Shown here: in pieces, positions 1 through 13,122 of the stretch | Layout: each line of letters opens with the position of its first letter | Numbering within the stretch: position 1 is the first letter of the stretch | Assembly (NCBI GenBank): GCA_910592345.1 | Contig: CAJVPI010000201.1 | Span: forward strand, 1 to 43,035 | Reading direction: 5' to 3' | Source of the DNA: Paraglomus brasilianum | Taxonomy: Eukaryota | DNA: 43,035 bases | Translations under genes and position numbers: made by a program | The notes under the pieces: generated by a model | Seen by the model: only the letters and a program-made list of their open reading frames with translations | Told to the model about the DNA's origin: nothing | Database searches by the model: none

Positions 1-699
1 GTTTATGCAGGGTAAATCATGTTTATTTACAATTAGGGACGAGAGTTAGAAACTCATTTACAGCTCTGATAATATTTTCAGCTGTAAGAAAAGGTCGTTT
101 TTATAACTAATTTCTAACTACTATTATTAGTGTTTCGAGTAAAAAAGTGTCGGAGGCACAGCCACGGAGGGAACGTCTTTGTATATGGACACAGCATGAT
201 TGAACGATTAAAAGACGTGTTCGGTTATATTAATATTTAATACTGATCATAAAGAAATGTAGACGTATTGTATTCCAATGTTGCTATTACGATTACTATT
301 ATTAGGTAAACAGCCTTGCGAAGACTGAAGTGTTAGATCTGTGTAGTAGAGAACACGAATGAAATACTCTTCCCAACATTAGCGTGTTCAATAATGACAC
401 TTTATTAGAGTGGTTAAGATACTCCACCTTCAAATAAAGATCCTCCTTGAACTAAGAGAAGAAGACAAAGCAAGGTTACGCAATATGAATTTCAAATAAC
501 CGAGGGCCTGATTGATAACAAAATTTTAAGTAATGAACAGATGTCCTGCATCTACTAATGTCTTGTTGGCGTTGGTCTGTAATAACCTTTGGTTGAAACT
601 AGAGCTAGACGTGGCATCGATGTTATTTATTTATACAGTATTATTTGCTTTTCTTGACAACCCAAAAGACTCAACTGACAGAATTTTGAAAAGGGCAAT

Positions 700-777
700 A
701 AGCAATGTTAGTTAGCGTGGTTTTCAAGCAATGTTAGTTAGCGTGATTTTCAAGCAATGTTAGTTTGCATGCTTTTA
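700..777. repeat. 26-bp tandem repeat, 3 copies
   Basis: AAGCAATGTTAGTTAGCGTGGTTTTC (700-725), AAGCAATGTTAGTTAGCGTGATTTTC (726-751) and a degenerate third copy (752-777); no spacers. Confidence 0.9.
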
Positions 778-1033
778 AACAAGCATGTTTACTACAAATA
801 GAGTTTTTCAAGCTTTCAGAACGGCTTGATAATACTACAAGCAACTCATTATAAGAAACTTTGAAGAAAGATTTTCTCTGACTTGAATCAGTTTCATATT
901 AATTGCGTTTGTTCTTTAAACAAATTATTCGTTATAAGAGGGTATTCTGACGACTTTCTTATGTGTATAATGAGTTTATTTGTAATATCAATATATTTGT
1001 AGTATTAAATTTTTAGTTCATGTAAAACATATG

Positions 1034-1359
1034 AAAAGTTTTTCTTTTCAAAAATTTCTCCTGCTCTTGTGTACTATGCGAAGTGCAATAATTTTTGAAG
1101 CTAATTGATTATGCTTTTCGAAAAGAATAACAATAAAAATTTATAAGTTATTGTTATAAGTTAATAGCTCGAAGTGTGAGTATACGTGTTATACATATAT
1201 AATCATATATTTTCATATCGTGATTTAAAGACAGCTGCTTCAACTTGCTACAGCTTAGTAGTGATAACTTATAAAATTTTATTGTTATTTTTTTCGAACA
1301 GCTAATCAATTAGCTTCACTTCGCATGAGCAGGAGAGATTTTTGAAAAGAAAGACTTTT
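1034..1359. mobile_element. Foldback/MITE-like element with about 100-bp imperfect inverted arms
   Basis: 1034-1151 is the reverse complement of 1264-1359 apart from a few mismatches and two small insertions in the left arm; non-coding AT-rich spacer; no clear TSD. Confidence 0.65.
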
Positions 1360-2177
1360 ACTATTAAAACTTCGTGTTACCCGGTCATTTATTACAGCAA
1401 AACTTCACTAGCGAATTATCATTTTTCTCCGGGCTTTGCTTGATGGAGCCTTGATCTCTCCGGAGATCATGCAGGAAATAGTAGTAATGCCTACTATTGA
1501 TATGTTACAATCCATCCGTCTCATTAAATTTATTAGAGTTCTGGTATTTCTTCCGATAAACTGCTCTAATCGGTCAGGATTTTTTTGACGTTCGTCTTTT
1601 CACGTTTCTCTATATCCATATTTCAATTGAGCACTATTAACTGGCTAGTCCGTAACTAAAGAAATGGCTGAGCTGTACTGCTTGGTATGTTTGAACCGCC
1701 AAAAATTTTCATCTAATTTCAGAATTACGAGGTTTGTAGAGACCACGATTTTTCATGTTGTATCACGCGTTTATTTTGTGTATCTAAATAATAAGTAAAA
1801 TGAACCATATTTATTATAAGCTTTTATCTGTAATTAGAATGGTAAGCATCCATGTGTGTCATTATCTATGGTACAATAAATTGTCACCAAAAATAGATGC
1901 ATTAGAATTAGGTGGTCAAAGAAAATGGTTGAATGTATCTGTAGACAAAGTGATCGTATGAACGAAATACAGTAATCGCTTTGATAATGTAGCAAATTTA
2001 AAATAATGCATTCTCTGATTATGGCTTTCTATTTGGCGCTTTGTAGTACGGCAGCTCTGCAAATCCAACCAATAAAAACCCAACAAGACCTAAAACCTTC
2101 TTATTCTCAATCCCGCGACTAAATCGCGTATCTTCTATCGACCAACACGATTACTACCATATTCATATTAGGCTGAT

Positions 2178-5100
2178 ATGACTTCCACTAACATCAATAT
2201 ATACCAATTCCTCAAGAAAGGAAAAGAAGCCTTTAAAGCTGAAAATTATGGCACGGCAACCCAGCTACTGACAAATGTTATATGCATACCAGAACTGAGT
2301 TCACAACACTTTGAGGTATGTGACTATTTAGCACACACTCCAACTTTTGCACGTCTTCCTAGATTCAAATTAATGCTTTCAACTAGGCGAATGATTACCT
2401 TGGCAGGGCATATTGGAAATTAGGAAAACTCACTTCTGCAGCGGAGGCTTTTGAACGGTTAGCCAACGTTTTCTAATAACATAATTATACTTAGTAATAC
2501 TTATCGCACTCTGTCATCAACTACTCATCCAGTCTATTTTTTTCACTCGAACAGAAATAGAGCAACCGGAGAAGTAACACCAGAGCGCTCCTGTGACGGT
2601 AAACTCTAACGCACCAAGCGACTTAGGTCATTCAGTTTACTCAGTCTTTTTCAACTCATGTAAGAAACTTACGATCCAGTACGTCGTTCAATTATAAGTC
2701 GCCGAGATATACCTACAATTAGTACGTGAATCAAAGACAGAGGAGAAGATATTACATTATGCAACCTTGACATTGTATTGGCTAAAAAGGTATCTATTCT
2801 ACTTGTTCGCTTATATTGTTTTATTGCTCATATACTATACTAATAAAGGCGACTCAATTCATTTATTTGAAACGGTATCAGATCTCGGAGCAAATCCAGT
2901 ACCAAATACAGTACCGTATTACGTCAGCGTAAGACCGGGCCGTTGTATAGTGAACGTGGTGTCAAACTACTACGTGGCCTATTTGATATTTTGGTTAAAC
3001 GCGCGGAGGGACAACCTAGGCAACGGGGCTGCCTTAAACGTCGAAATGGAGAATCGTCCGGTAAGTGCCTTGTTGTATTTAAAAAATCTATTGGTCATCG
3101 ACAGGCGAATTCAAATATATATGCGCTGTTCACAGGAAAGCCAGTAGAGTTGATCGACGAGCAGTTTGTAAAAGAGTTGTTTGCTGCTAAGGAGACCTTG
3201 GTTGACCCGCATCTCCACAAGTTGCTCGCCAGATCTCTATTGCGAAAGAAAGAAATTCGAAGGTAGGCCAGATTTCTCAGGACCATGAATATAGATTTAC
3301 GTGCCTGATCTCAATATTGTATCTGTTCGATTTTCTGCAAGTGTTGCAGATCATGCTCTAGACAGTCGCTATCACTTGGCCGATGACTTGGAATGGAATA
3401 CTTTTATATGCGAGAATATCGACTTATTGGCATCATCATATCCACGGGAGGAATGGGATAACTTCTGTTCTATCGAGAAACTGTACATGTTTGCGCTTGA
3501 CAATTGTGTGAGATTGACACTAGATTGCGGGTGAGTAACACAATATAGTATTGTCGCTCTATATATGCTTGCATAGAAAATAACCGTAAGAGGTTGCCAT
3601 TATCAATTATGAAAGATGTCGTGAAGAGTGCGAAAAGATATTGAAGCAATATGGGAAAGTCTCTTCACGAAGTAAACATCTCCCAGAGCAGAACGAAGTA
3701 CATCAAGTGAGTGTCAACTTATTTGCTAGCAGAATTATTCTCGCAATTGTTAACTGTCTGTCCGCATACCATGATATTATATCTGTGCTATTGCAGGAAA
3801 TGCAAGCAAGATACAACCGGCACAAGGCCTATTTTAGGATAAAGTTCGGGGACTCGAGCGAATATCAAACCCCACTTTCTCTTCTTCCCACAACCAGAAC
3901 GCATGTGTCCTTTGCGTTTGAAAGACTCAAACGTGCTCTGTTTTTGGGCATGCCGTTCACACAATTGCAAAACTTAACCGATAATTGGAGCTACGTGGAC
4001 TACTTCATATGTCAACGAATCAGCGATTCTTTCCAACTGTTAACTACCCTCATATTGTGTTTCGATTTCGATTGGCTTAGTAAGCCGGATGTAGAGTGTG
4101 CAGCAATAATGGTGAATGATGATCATGCGACAAGGGAAATAGTGTTTCCAAATCACAAGAACCTTCTTAATCACTTGACCAAAGATGACTATGGAAATCA
4201 AGATCGAAAAGAATTGGCCCAGAAAATGGATTCTGTCACGAAAATGTTAAAGCAGATTGACAAGATTACATTGTGTTCTCCAAATGACTTGAATAGGTAG
4301 GTTCATATCAATTGGTATTATCTATTTCATGTGTTTGTCGTGAATGCAGAATAACCGGTATTATTTTATTAAGATTTTTATCTGTCATTTCGTGGTATAT
4401 TGACTCGGGAAAACAATTTATGGAACTTCTCAAGTATTGGCTCCCCAATTTGGCAAGCACTGCTCCAGAGGTAAATCAAACAGCTATTCTGATCGCATAC
4501 TTACAATGAATCCATTCACTTACGTTTGACCGTTCACTCGAAAGCGAAAATCCAGAGTCCTCCCCAAATTTAAGAATGATCTTGTGCAATCCGACCAATC
4601 TTCTTCACGAGCGTCTTCTCGAACATCAGATAGTTGGCAACCGACACCTCCGCCAATCGTACCAAAAAAACTGGTAATAGCGGAAGAGGCAACATTGATG
4701 GACATTGAAACGTTCCTTATGATACTTCTCATTCAAAGACAAGAAGTGTGTGTCACACGCTTAGAAGCCACTAGTCTGGGTCAAATCTTGTATTTGGCAG
4801 AAAAGTCGTGCTGGAAGCCAAGTGCAAGTCACCAACGCTTTTGGAATACCGTCATTGCTAAATACGGAAGAGTATGGACGCTTTCATCAAATTGGTTATA
4901 TAAATCTTTTTCGTACAAACTTTTTTACACGTCTGTTAATTAACAGGATGATCCAGAGAGATATGTATATACAACCGATTTGTTTGCCGAAGATGACTTC
5001 AATCAAGCCATAGCTGAGATTCGTGGAGACATCAGATACGTGGATTTCGACCAATCAGATGAAAAGAGCAATAATATTATTGACAATCAACGAGACCTTT

Positions 5101-5698
5101 ATTTGTTGCTATCATATTTGTTTAAAGTGAGTTTTTAACCGTGGTCCTACTTTTGTCACGTAAAGTTGCACTTATCACGCCTCTATTTGTTAGGGCTTGC
5201 AGAGTTGGTATACAAGTAGACGTGTAGAGGCTCTCCATTGTCTCACAGTATTTCATTATTGGGATCGATTGTTAACATACGACAAGAGCTCGTGTAAGAG
5301 AGGGCAGGAACCATCAAAACAGTTTTTCATCTTGGACGAAACTGTCGCGGAGGATGCTTATCGAAGGTAATCAATCGATAATGACATCTTATTTGGCTGC
5401 ATGTTAATTAACATTCGTTTGTCTTTCAAGGTTTATACCTGGCTATGAGAAATTGTCGTCAGCTCATGGACTTGAGCACTTTGCGAAAACCTTTTACACA
5501 GATGAGAAATGGAGCAAAGTAGTACAGGAAGTATATGCCGAAGAAGGCAATCAACCAATTCATGGTTTGTCAGATGAATTAAGTTCCCAGCCGACAGAAG
5601 AATCTATAGAGGATTTGGCATCATATGCAGTCGAACCATGCCCTAGTGAACATGCCAGGCTCTCCGATTTGTCCATTTTAGCCAATGCCAGCGAATAA
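2178..5698 (+). CDS. TPR/alpha-solenoid protein resembling the Nup358/RanBP2 N-terminal domain (14 exons, about 824 aa)
   Basis: Hand-spliced exons 2178-2315, 2387-2457, 2555-2598, 2699-2789, 2882-3060, 3136-3262, 3342-3530, 3616-3706, 3797-4296, 4374-4470, 4545-4871, 4947-5126, 5194-5366, 5431-5698 sum to 2475 nt in one open frame. N-terminal TPR-like helices (KGKEAFKAENYGTA, ANDYLGRAYWKLGKLTSAAEAFER). Collinear motifs YWLKR, LEWN, LTL, EMQ, CQRIS, MDIETFL, QRFWNTV and HYW match the recalled RanBP2 NTD. Confidence 0.75.
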
Positions 5699-5923
5699 GG
5701 TTTAAAGATGAGAGGTAGCAAATAATTTAGATGAAATATGATGAATAGAGTTCTCAGGATAATCACGAAACATTGAATTCAATGTGTAATTTGAGAATTT
5801 GTTCTTGTTGAATTGTATTTTTACTTTGTAGTACTATTCAAGATAAATAAAATATTATCCCCGAATTACAAGATTTTTTCACCATCAACACATCATGTTT
5901 CAAACTGTATTAGCGAGTCATTC

Positions 5924-7537
<1,614 letters not shown>

Positions 7538-8932
7538 TTTGACTGTAGTTTGTTTGATAGGTTATCAGGGAAACAGTAAATTGGGGCTGTTGTGACTTTT
7601 GACATTTAAACGGAGGTGATTTATTTATACTAGAAAGAAAGTTGATAAATTGTCACGCAACATTCCGAGGCATTCCATTAGTCTTGTTACACAAATAATC
7701 TCCTGATATGGTTAACGAATTTGATTCCATCTCAAGATCAAATATATTGTATATGACAAATAAAATACCGTACACTGATCTTCCCCAGCATCAGACAACT
7801 ATGGACTGTGGAAAAGAAAGAAACGCAAATACGTACACAGCGTTCGCAGCGCATGAAACAATATCAATTGATCTTTCCGAAATTCCCCTGCGAGGATTTG
7901 TACTCGTATACCGATACTTGCACCAAACCCTTTTTGTAAAGATCGTCGCTTAGCGTGGAAATATTACTCGGATGAACAGTTTTTTGAAATTTTGATAGAA
8001 GCTTGCAGGATATTTGATTAGATTTCAACCGATAATCAAAAGCATCCCGTATTGTCGCTCTTTATAGAGTTGCTCTATTACTATGGCTTTCTGGTATCGT
8101 CCGCTTGAGACAATGTATTACTCAGTATCACGTCCCCTGCCTTGATTTTTGTTGCACCACTCGTTATTTCAAGTACCGCAACGTTAAGACGCAAATCGAA
8201 ACATCAGTGTGTTCCTACCCAGAAAAGAGTGGTTCACTGACATGTTCGTATAGATTTTTCATTGAGATGACTGATTAGAAGGTTGTGCATTATTCAACGT
8301 CAAGTGAATGAAAGAATACAACTGTTTGGCCGAGATCTACAACATATCTTCGGTCGAATCCCAAGATACGCAGCAAAGAAAAGCTGACATCTCGTACAGT
8401 ATTTTATCGAATTGCGTTTCATAAACATCAAAACATCAAAAGTTTGTCTGCAGCTGAGTGCCAAATTTTGGATGGCTTAATTTCTGTTAGTAATTGACCT
8501 AAAGTAGATTACAATGGAAAATAATATGATGCTTGCTCATCTAATAACTCTAGCTCAAATTTAATGTCTCAGAGTCCACTTCTTCTATCCACTGTTTGTC
8601 CAACATGCTGCATATTGATGAATATGGATATCTATTTGGGGGGGTTTTTCGCAATCGGTCTGACACATTGCACATAGCAATTTTCTGTGCATCAAAAGAG
8701 AAACATACATTCACAAAGGACTTTGTAATTACAATATTTTACTTGGGTAGCTTAAGCGTAATAGTGATAGTTTTTTCCCTTCTTCAACTGACGATACATT
8801 AGCAACAATAAGAGCACGGAAATCACTTCAATGTTGGCTTTGTACCGTTTAATTGTTGTACATCTCAATTGTTCATGATTTACCAAAATATCATTATCAA
8901 TCCCTAGTAGTAACGTCATAACTTCCTTTCGT

Positions 8933-10155
8933 TCAGCCCTTCTTCTCTGTATCTTCGTGTGCCTCTTCAGTAACTTGTCTTTCCATCTCCTTGACAAGCA
9001 CATTAGCAACTGTGGCTACTTTCTCACCGATCAAACCCTTCTCTCCCTTATCATTCTCAACAGCTTTTAATGCTATCTTTTCCTCACCCCTCGCTTGTTT
9101 TAGCATTCTCTCCCCCACATCAAGTTCCTCGTACTCCCGTAGTGTTACCCTCATTCCAATGCCACTTGGAGCATTATCGATGATATAGTACAACCATCTC
9201 TCAACCACATCTCGGTTTGCATCTTTCAATTGAAGCAATCTCTTGTGTGTCTTGCGTTCAAAGTTCTCTTGGGTTTTTTTATGAATAAATGGACCGCGAG
9301 GAACGGTCCATCGGGTGGTTTTTGTAGGAAGGGGGACAGGTCCCGAGCATGGAATCCTGAGAGCCCCAGCAGCACGTCGACAAAAGTCAACATAAAAGTC
9401 CATATGAGATGGAACATAACTCCGAAAGTGCAGATCGCAAACGACAACATTGTGGGTCGGAAGATATTGCTCGGGTTCTATGATTTTATAATAAGCAGGG
9501 AGAGATAATGCGGAGAGAGAGAAAAGGTTAGCATAGTTGACATTGTGGAAGACGCTACGACGTTATAAGATCAGTAGATATTGAAAAGTGAAAAATCACA
9601 ACCATATAACCCCGATCATATTAATTGCCTCTAATTTATTTCTATCACATAGTGTTTCTCGATTTTGCATAAAGTAAAGTAAACCTAACCCTTGAGGTAT
9701 ATAACATCCTCTGCTGTTTGTTTATTGTCTATTGAGGCGCTGTTAGCGTCTTTTGATAATGGTGGTAATTGGGAACTGGAATCTGGTGTACGTGTGGAAG
9801 AAAAGTCGGGTGACGACCGATCAATGGATTGAGATCTGCGATATATATAATAGAAATATAAAAGATGACAAGTACCAGTGTGACTATGAGCATCCCATGT
9901 GCGCAATTCTACGAATTAACAAGTTTTCGTGTATAGAATGTAACGTACGTGTATCGCCGCGAAAGTACGTTAAATGTACGTGCTGAGAGAGAATTGTAAA
10001 GCGGTACACATTGCGCTTCGGCCTGAAGAAAAATTAATCACGATAGTAGAAGATTTTAGGGCTTGGTCATCGTAACAGTTAATCTCTCGAAAAGTCTCAT
10101 ACTGTCTTACGCATGATAATAGTAATCTTCCGAGGTTATTCATTCTCATCAGCAT
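8933..10155 (-). CDS. RSM10: Mitochondrial ribosomal protein uS10m (4 exons, about 269 aa)
   Basis: S10 motif GPVPLPTKTTRWTVPRGPFIHKKTQENFERKTHKRLL. Exons 10111-10155, 9949-10022, 9690-9835, 8933-9477 are in frame and give a presequence-like N terminus ending LSRRY|TS. Confidence 0.9.
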
Positions 10156-10278
10156 TAGTCTCAAATTTTTGCACGTCTCAATGTTTTTAGATCAGACGCA
10201 CGCCCCAATTTGGTTGATGGTGTGACCAGCAAAAAATATGGTTCGAGAAACTCTTTGAACGTATCATCGCTTTTTAAA
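10156..10278. promoter_or_regulatory. Bidirectional promoter between RSM10 and ATP16 (123 bp between start codons)
   Basis: Divergent ATGs at 10155 (-) and 10279 (+); CCAAT near 10205. Confidence 0.6.
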
Positions 10279-11372
10279 ATGAATTTTCTTGGGAGGACTG
10301 CCAGAACTGTTGGAGCGTTAGGGATCAGGGGATTGGGTGAGTTTTGCGGATAATGGACAGCGGTAAAGCGAAACAGAATATAAATTGAGCGGTTTGCTAT
10401 AAATTATAATCAAGTGTTTCTTTATTTGTTCAGAGTGGATGCGTATCTAACTCTCAATATTTCTTTCTAGCGCGCTCATATGCAACGGAGTCCACAGGAG
10501 CATCAGATAAGCTGCGTCTGAGCTTTACCGTACCTCATGAGGTGAGCTTATAGCCGTAAAGGGTCAACTATTGACCAACGATTGTTAGACAAGTGAGGAT
10601 AGAGTGGCCTTAGTTGAACTATTCTTTGGATCCATGTTGTGCTATTAATATTTCACTTTTGCAATTGATACTCATTTTTGCAATTGATACTGTACATTAA
10701 ATGTGCGCTGTTTTGTTGCCCACGTCTTTTTCTTTTTGAAATTAACACTTTTTTCCAAGTCACTCCAAACTTAAACTTTTTCCCTCTTTTTCTAAATTCA
10801 TGCAATAGATACTCTACGATGGTGCTGAAGTCCAACAGGTCAATCTCTCCTCCACTGCCGGTGATATGGGTATATTGGCTAACCATCTTGCTACGATCCA
10901 ACAACTGAAACCAGGTGTTGTGGAAGTTGTAGAAAACCCTACTACAACAAAGAAGTTTTTCGGTAACAGTGAATTGAGGGGGAGGGGCGGAGGTTTAGCG
11001 TGTGAAATTGGCAATACGGGAGAGGAGACGATGTAAAATTGAAAATGACAGCGACCGTAGCATTAGCTCTCGACTGTGACCTATGCTCACGGATGTTTAA
11101 TAACTCAGAGACAATTACCTAAATCTAATCTTGGTCTATTTTCTTCATTTCCAGTTAGTGGTGGTTTTGCGACGGTAAATTCCGACTCCTCTTTAAACAT
11201 CAATGCAGTCGAGGCTTTTTCACTCGAACATTTTTCTATCGAAGCCATACGTGCTAATCTAGCCGAAGCTCAGCGTCTATCTGCTAGTAGTACGACTGAA
11301 GCAGAACGCGCTGCTGCAAAGGTTGAATCTGAGGTCCTTGAAGCTTTGCAGACTGCCCTTGGAAAGAGTTGA
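10279..11372 (+). CDS. ATP16: Mitochondrial F1 ATP synthase delta subunit (4 exons, about 166 aa)
   Basis: Exons 10279-10336, 10471-10541, 10809-10962, 11155-11372; presequence ending RSYAT; KLRLSFTVPH, QVNLSSTAGDMGILANHLATIQQLKPGVVEV, FFVSGGFATVN. Confidence 0.95.
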
Positions 11373-13013
11373 TAGCAGTAATAGGAGTGGAACGAGAGTA
11401 TGCAACAATCCCAATAAAAGTTTTGGAGTTTCTTAATCAAGCAAGAAATGACATTCCCTGAATCATACAGACTTAATCACGTATATTATCCGGGAAAAAA
11501 AAAAGCTCGCTGGGTATTATGCACGATTCGGCTATGGAATGGGTCCTGATGCGCGTAAGGATGAGTAGTCTATGTATATAACAGCGAAATAAGAGTCTCG
11601 ATGTTATCCTTAATGGGTATTGACCAAGCATTGATATTATATAAAATTAGTAAGATTTTAACGGCATGAAATTTTTATTTCAAAAAACGCAAGTCACTTT
11701 GACTAATCTATGCAACGTTCTTTAAATCTTCTGCCAATACAAGCTAATGCTCTAAAGAAGCTTCTTGGACTTGACGTTATTGAATGACATGAAGTAATTA
11801 AGTCCGAATACTATTGAGTTTAAAATAACGAATCTCTCCAAAAATGATGGTTTAAAAAGTATACAATGAAACTGTCGCTTAAATGTCCAAGCATTAATAA
11901 TAAAACTCAATTACATTGGATTTAAGCAACAAGTTTCTTCCTAAAGTGTATTGATATTAAGCGCAACGAGTTTGTTACGATACGGTCCGCATTGCAGGTA
12001 GTTTAGGGAAGTGCCATTGTAAAGTATAAACGAATGTTTTCACGAAGGATGGTTAAAAATAGGTGATTCGAATGCACAACATCACTAGGTACTACACGTG
12101 ACAGTCTGCAGTTTTTGCTTGTATGACCTAAACAAACAACGGTATAATGGAACGTTCTATTTATCTCAAGTTTTCTATTAATAAATGGTTTAATTCTTGG
12201 CGCACTACACTTAATAGTTTATCCGATAACTTCGCTCCGACTTTGATCTTTTACAGTAAATGAAATATTTTTGTCTTGTTAAACTTGTTGATAACACTCG
12301 TGCGCATAGTACTCGTCTGGTAGCAGATCCAAGCACATCAGAAATTGTTGTCGGATGTTTAGTAATACCGAATTCTACTTCAGGATGCGGAACGCTTGAA
12401 ATTGTCGTTACGTTCGTTTTGAACTCGCAATCAATATAATTGTTTAATTGGGTTTAATGTCTGCTGCTTAACTGTACACATGACATGATGATTCACTACC
12501 AATTAAATCGGTCAAATAATAGACAAATCATGTTATGATTTATTAATAAAACATACATGCAAATTGATTCTCTGTTGTTAGCAAGAATATACCGTCCAAC
12601 GCTAGAGAATTATTGGAATTCATTAAAGAAAGATGATAAATTATTGCTGTGCTTCAAAAGCGTTGAGGCCCGAAGAAAATAAGCACATGAAGCAGCGTCA
12701 AATAAATTAGAGTTAAAAAATATAAAGCACAAATAGTTGGTTTATTAACAAAGTTGTAAATAATAACAATTTAAACGACGTAGTCCAAAAATTTATTTTC
12801 TTGCTTAATAACTTATTATTACGCAATACTCTTTTTGGCTGCGTATTCAGAGTCTAAAGAACGCTATAAGTCAAAGTCGGGCCTAACCACTTTTTTTATT
12901 ATTCCCAAATTACTTATGGTATTTTAAAAGTTTGTGCTTATAGTCGTTATTACTGTGGCAACAATTTTTTATGTAATTAATTTTGATAGCTCAAGAAGTG
13001 ATTATGTTGTGTC

Positions 13014-13122
13014 TAAGTTTGGGACCTGTCTCAGTTCAGAACCCAGTCACCCAGTCCAGAACTCAGTTGTCTCAATTCCGAATCCAGACACTCAGTCCAG
13101 AACTGGGCAGATCCCCAACTTA
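13014..13122. mobile_element. Short MITE-like element (about 105 bp) with imperfect TIRs and TA (or TAA/TTA) flanks
   Basis: Left TA|AGTTTGGGACCTGTCTCAGTTC, right GAACTGGGCAGATCCCCAACT|TA; internal CAGT(C/T)CAGAAC subrepeats; higher GC than the flanks. Confidence 0.55.

Noticed and set aside
700..777. CRISPR-like array
   Set aside because: The repeats are directly adjacent with no unique spacers, the context is eukaryotic and there are no cas genes
1452..1469. Hairpin TGATCTC-TCCG-GAGATCA as a terminator or ncRNA
   Set aside because: A 7-bp stem is expected by chance, and intrinsic terminators are not relevant to this eukaryotic context
7960..8720. Coding-like sequence between enolase and RSM10
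   Set aside because: The frames I examined are interrupted, with no recognisable motif or consistent splice chain
9980..10114. RSM10 model starting with a 4-nt micro-exon (ATGC) and upstream out-of-frame ATGs as a uORF
   Set aside because: The GTACGT donor at 9948 puts ATG 10155 in frame and yields a better presequence ending RRY|TS, so no micro-exon or uORF is needed
11540..11575. Hammerhead-ribozyme-like CTGATG segment
   Set aside because: The core reads CTGATGC rather than CTGANGA, and I found no matching GAAA or stems
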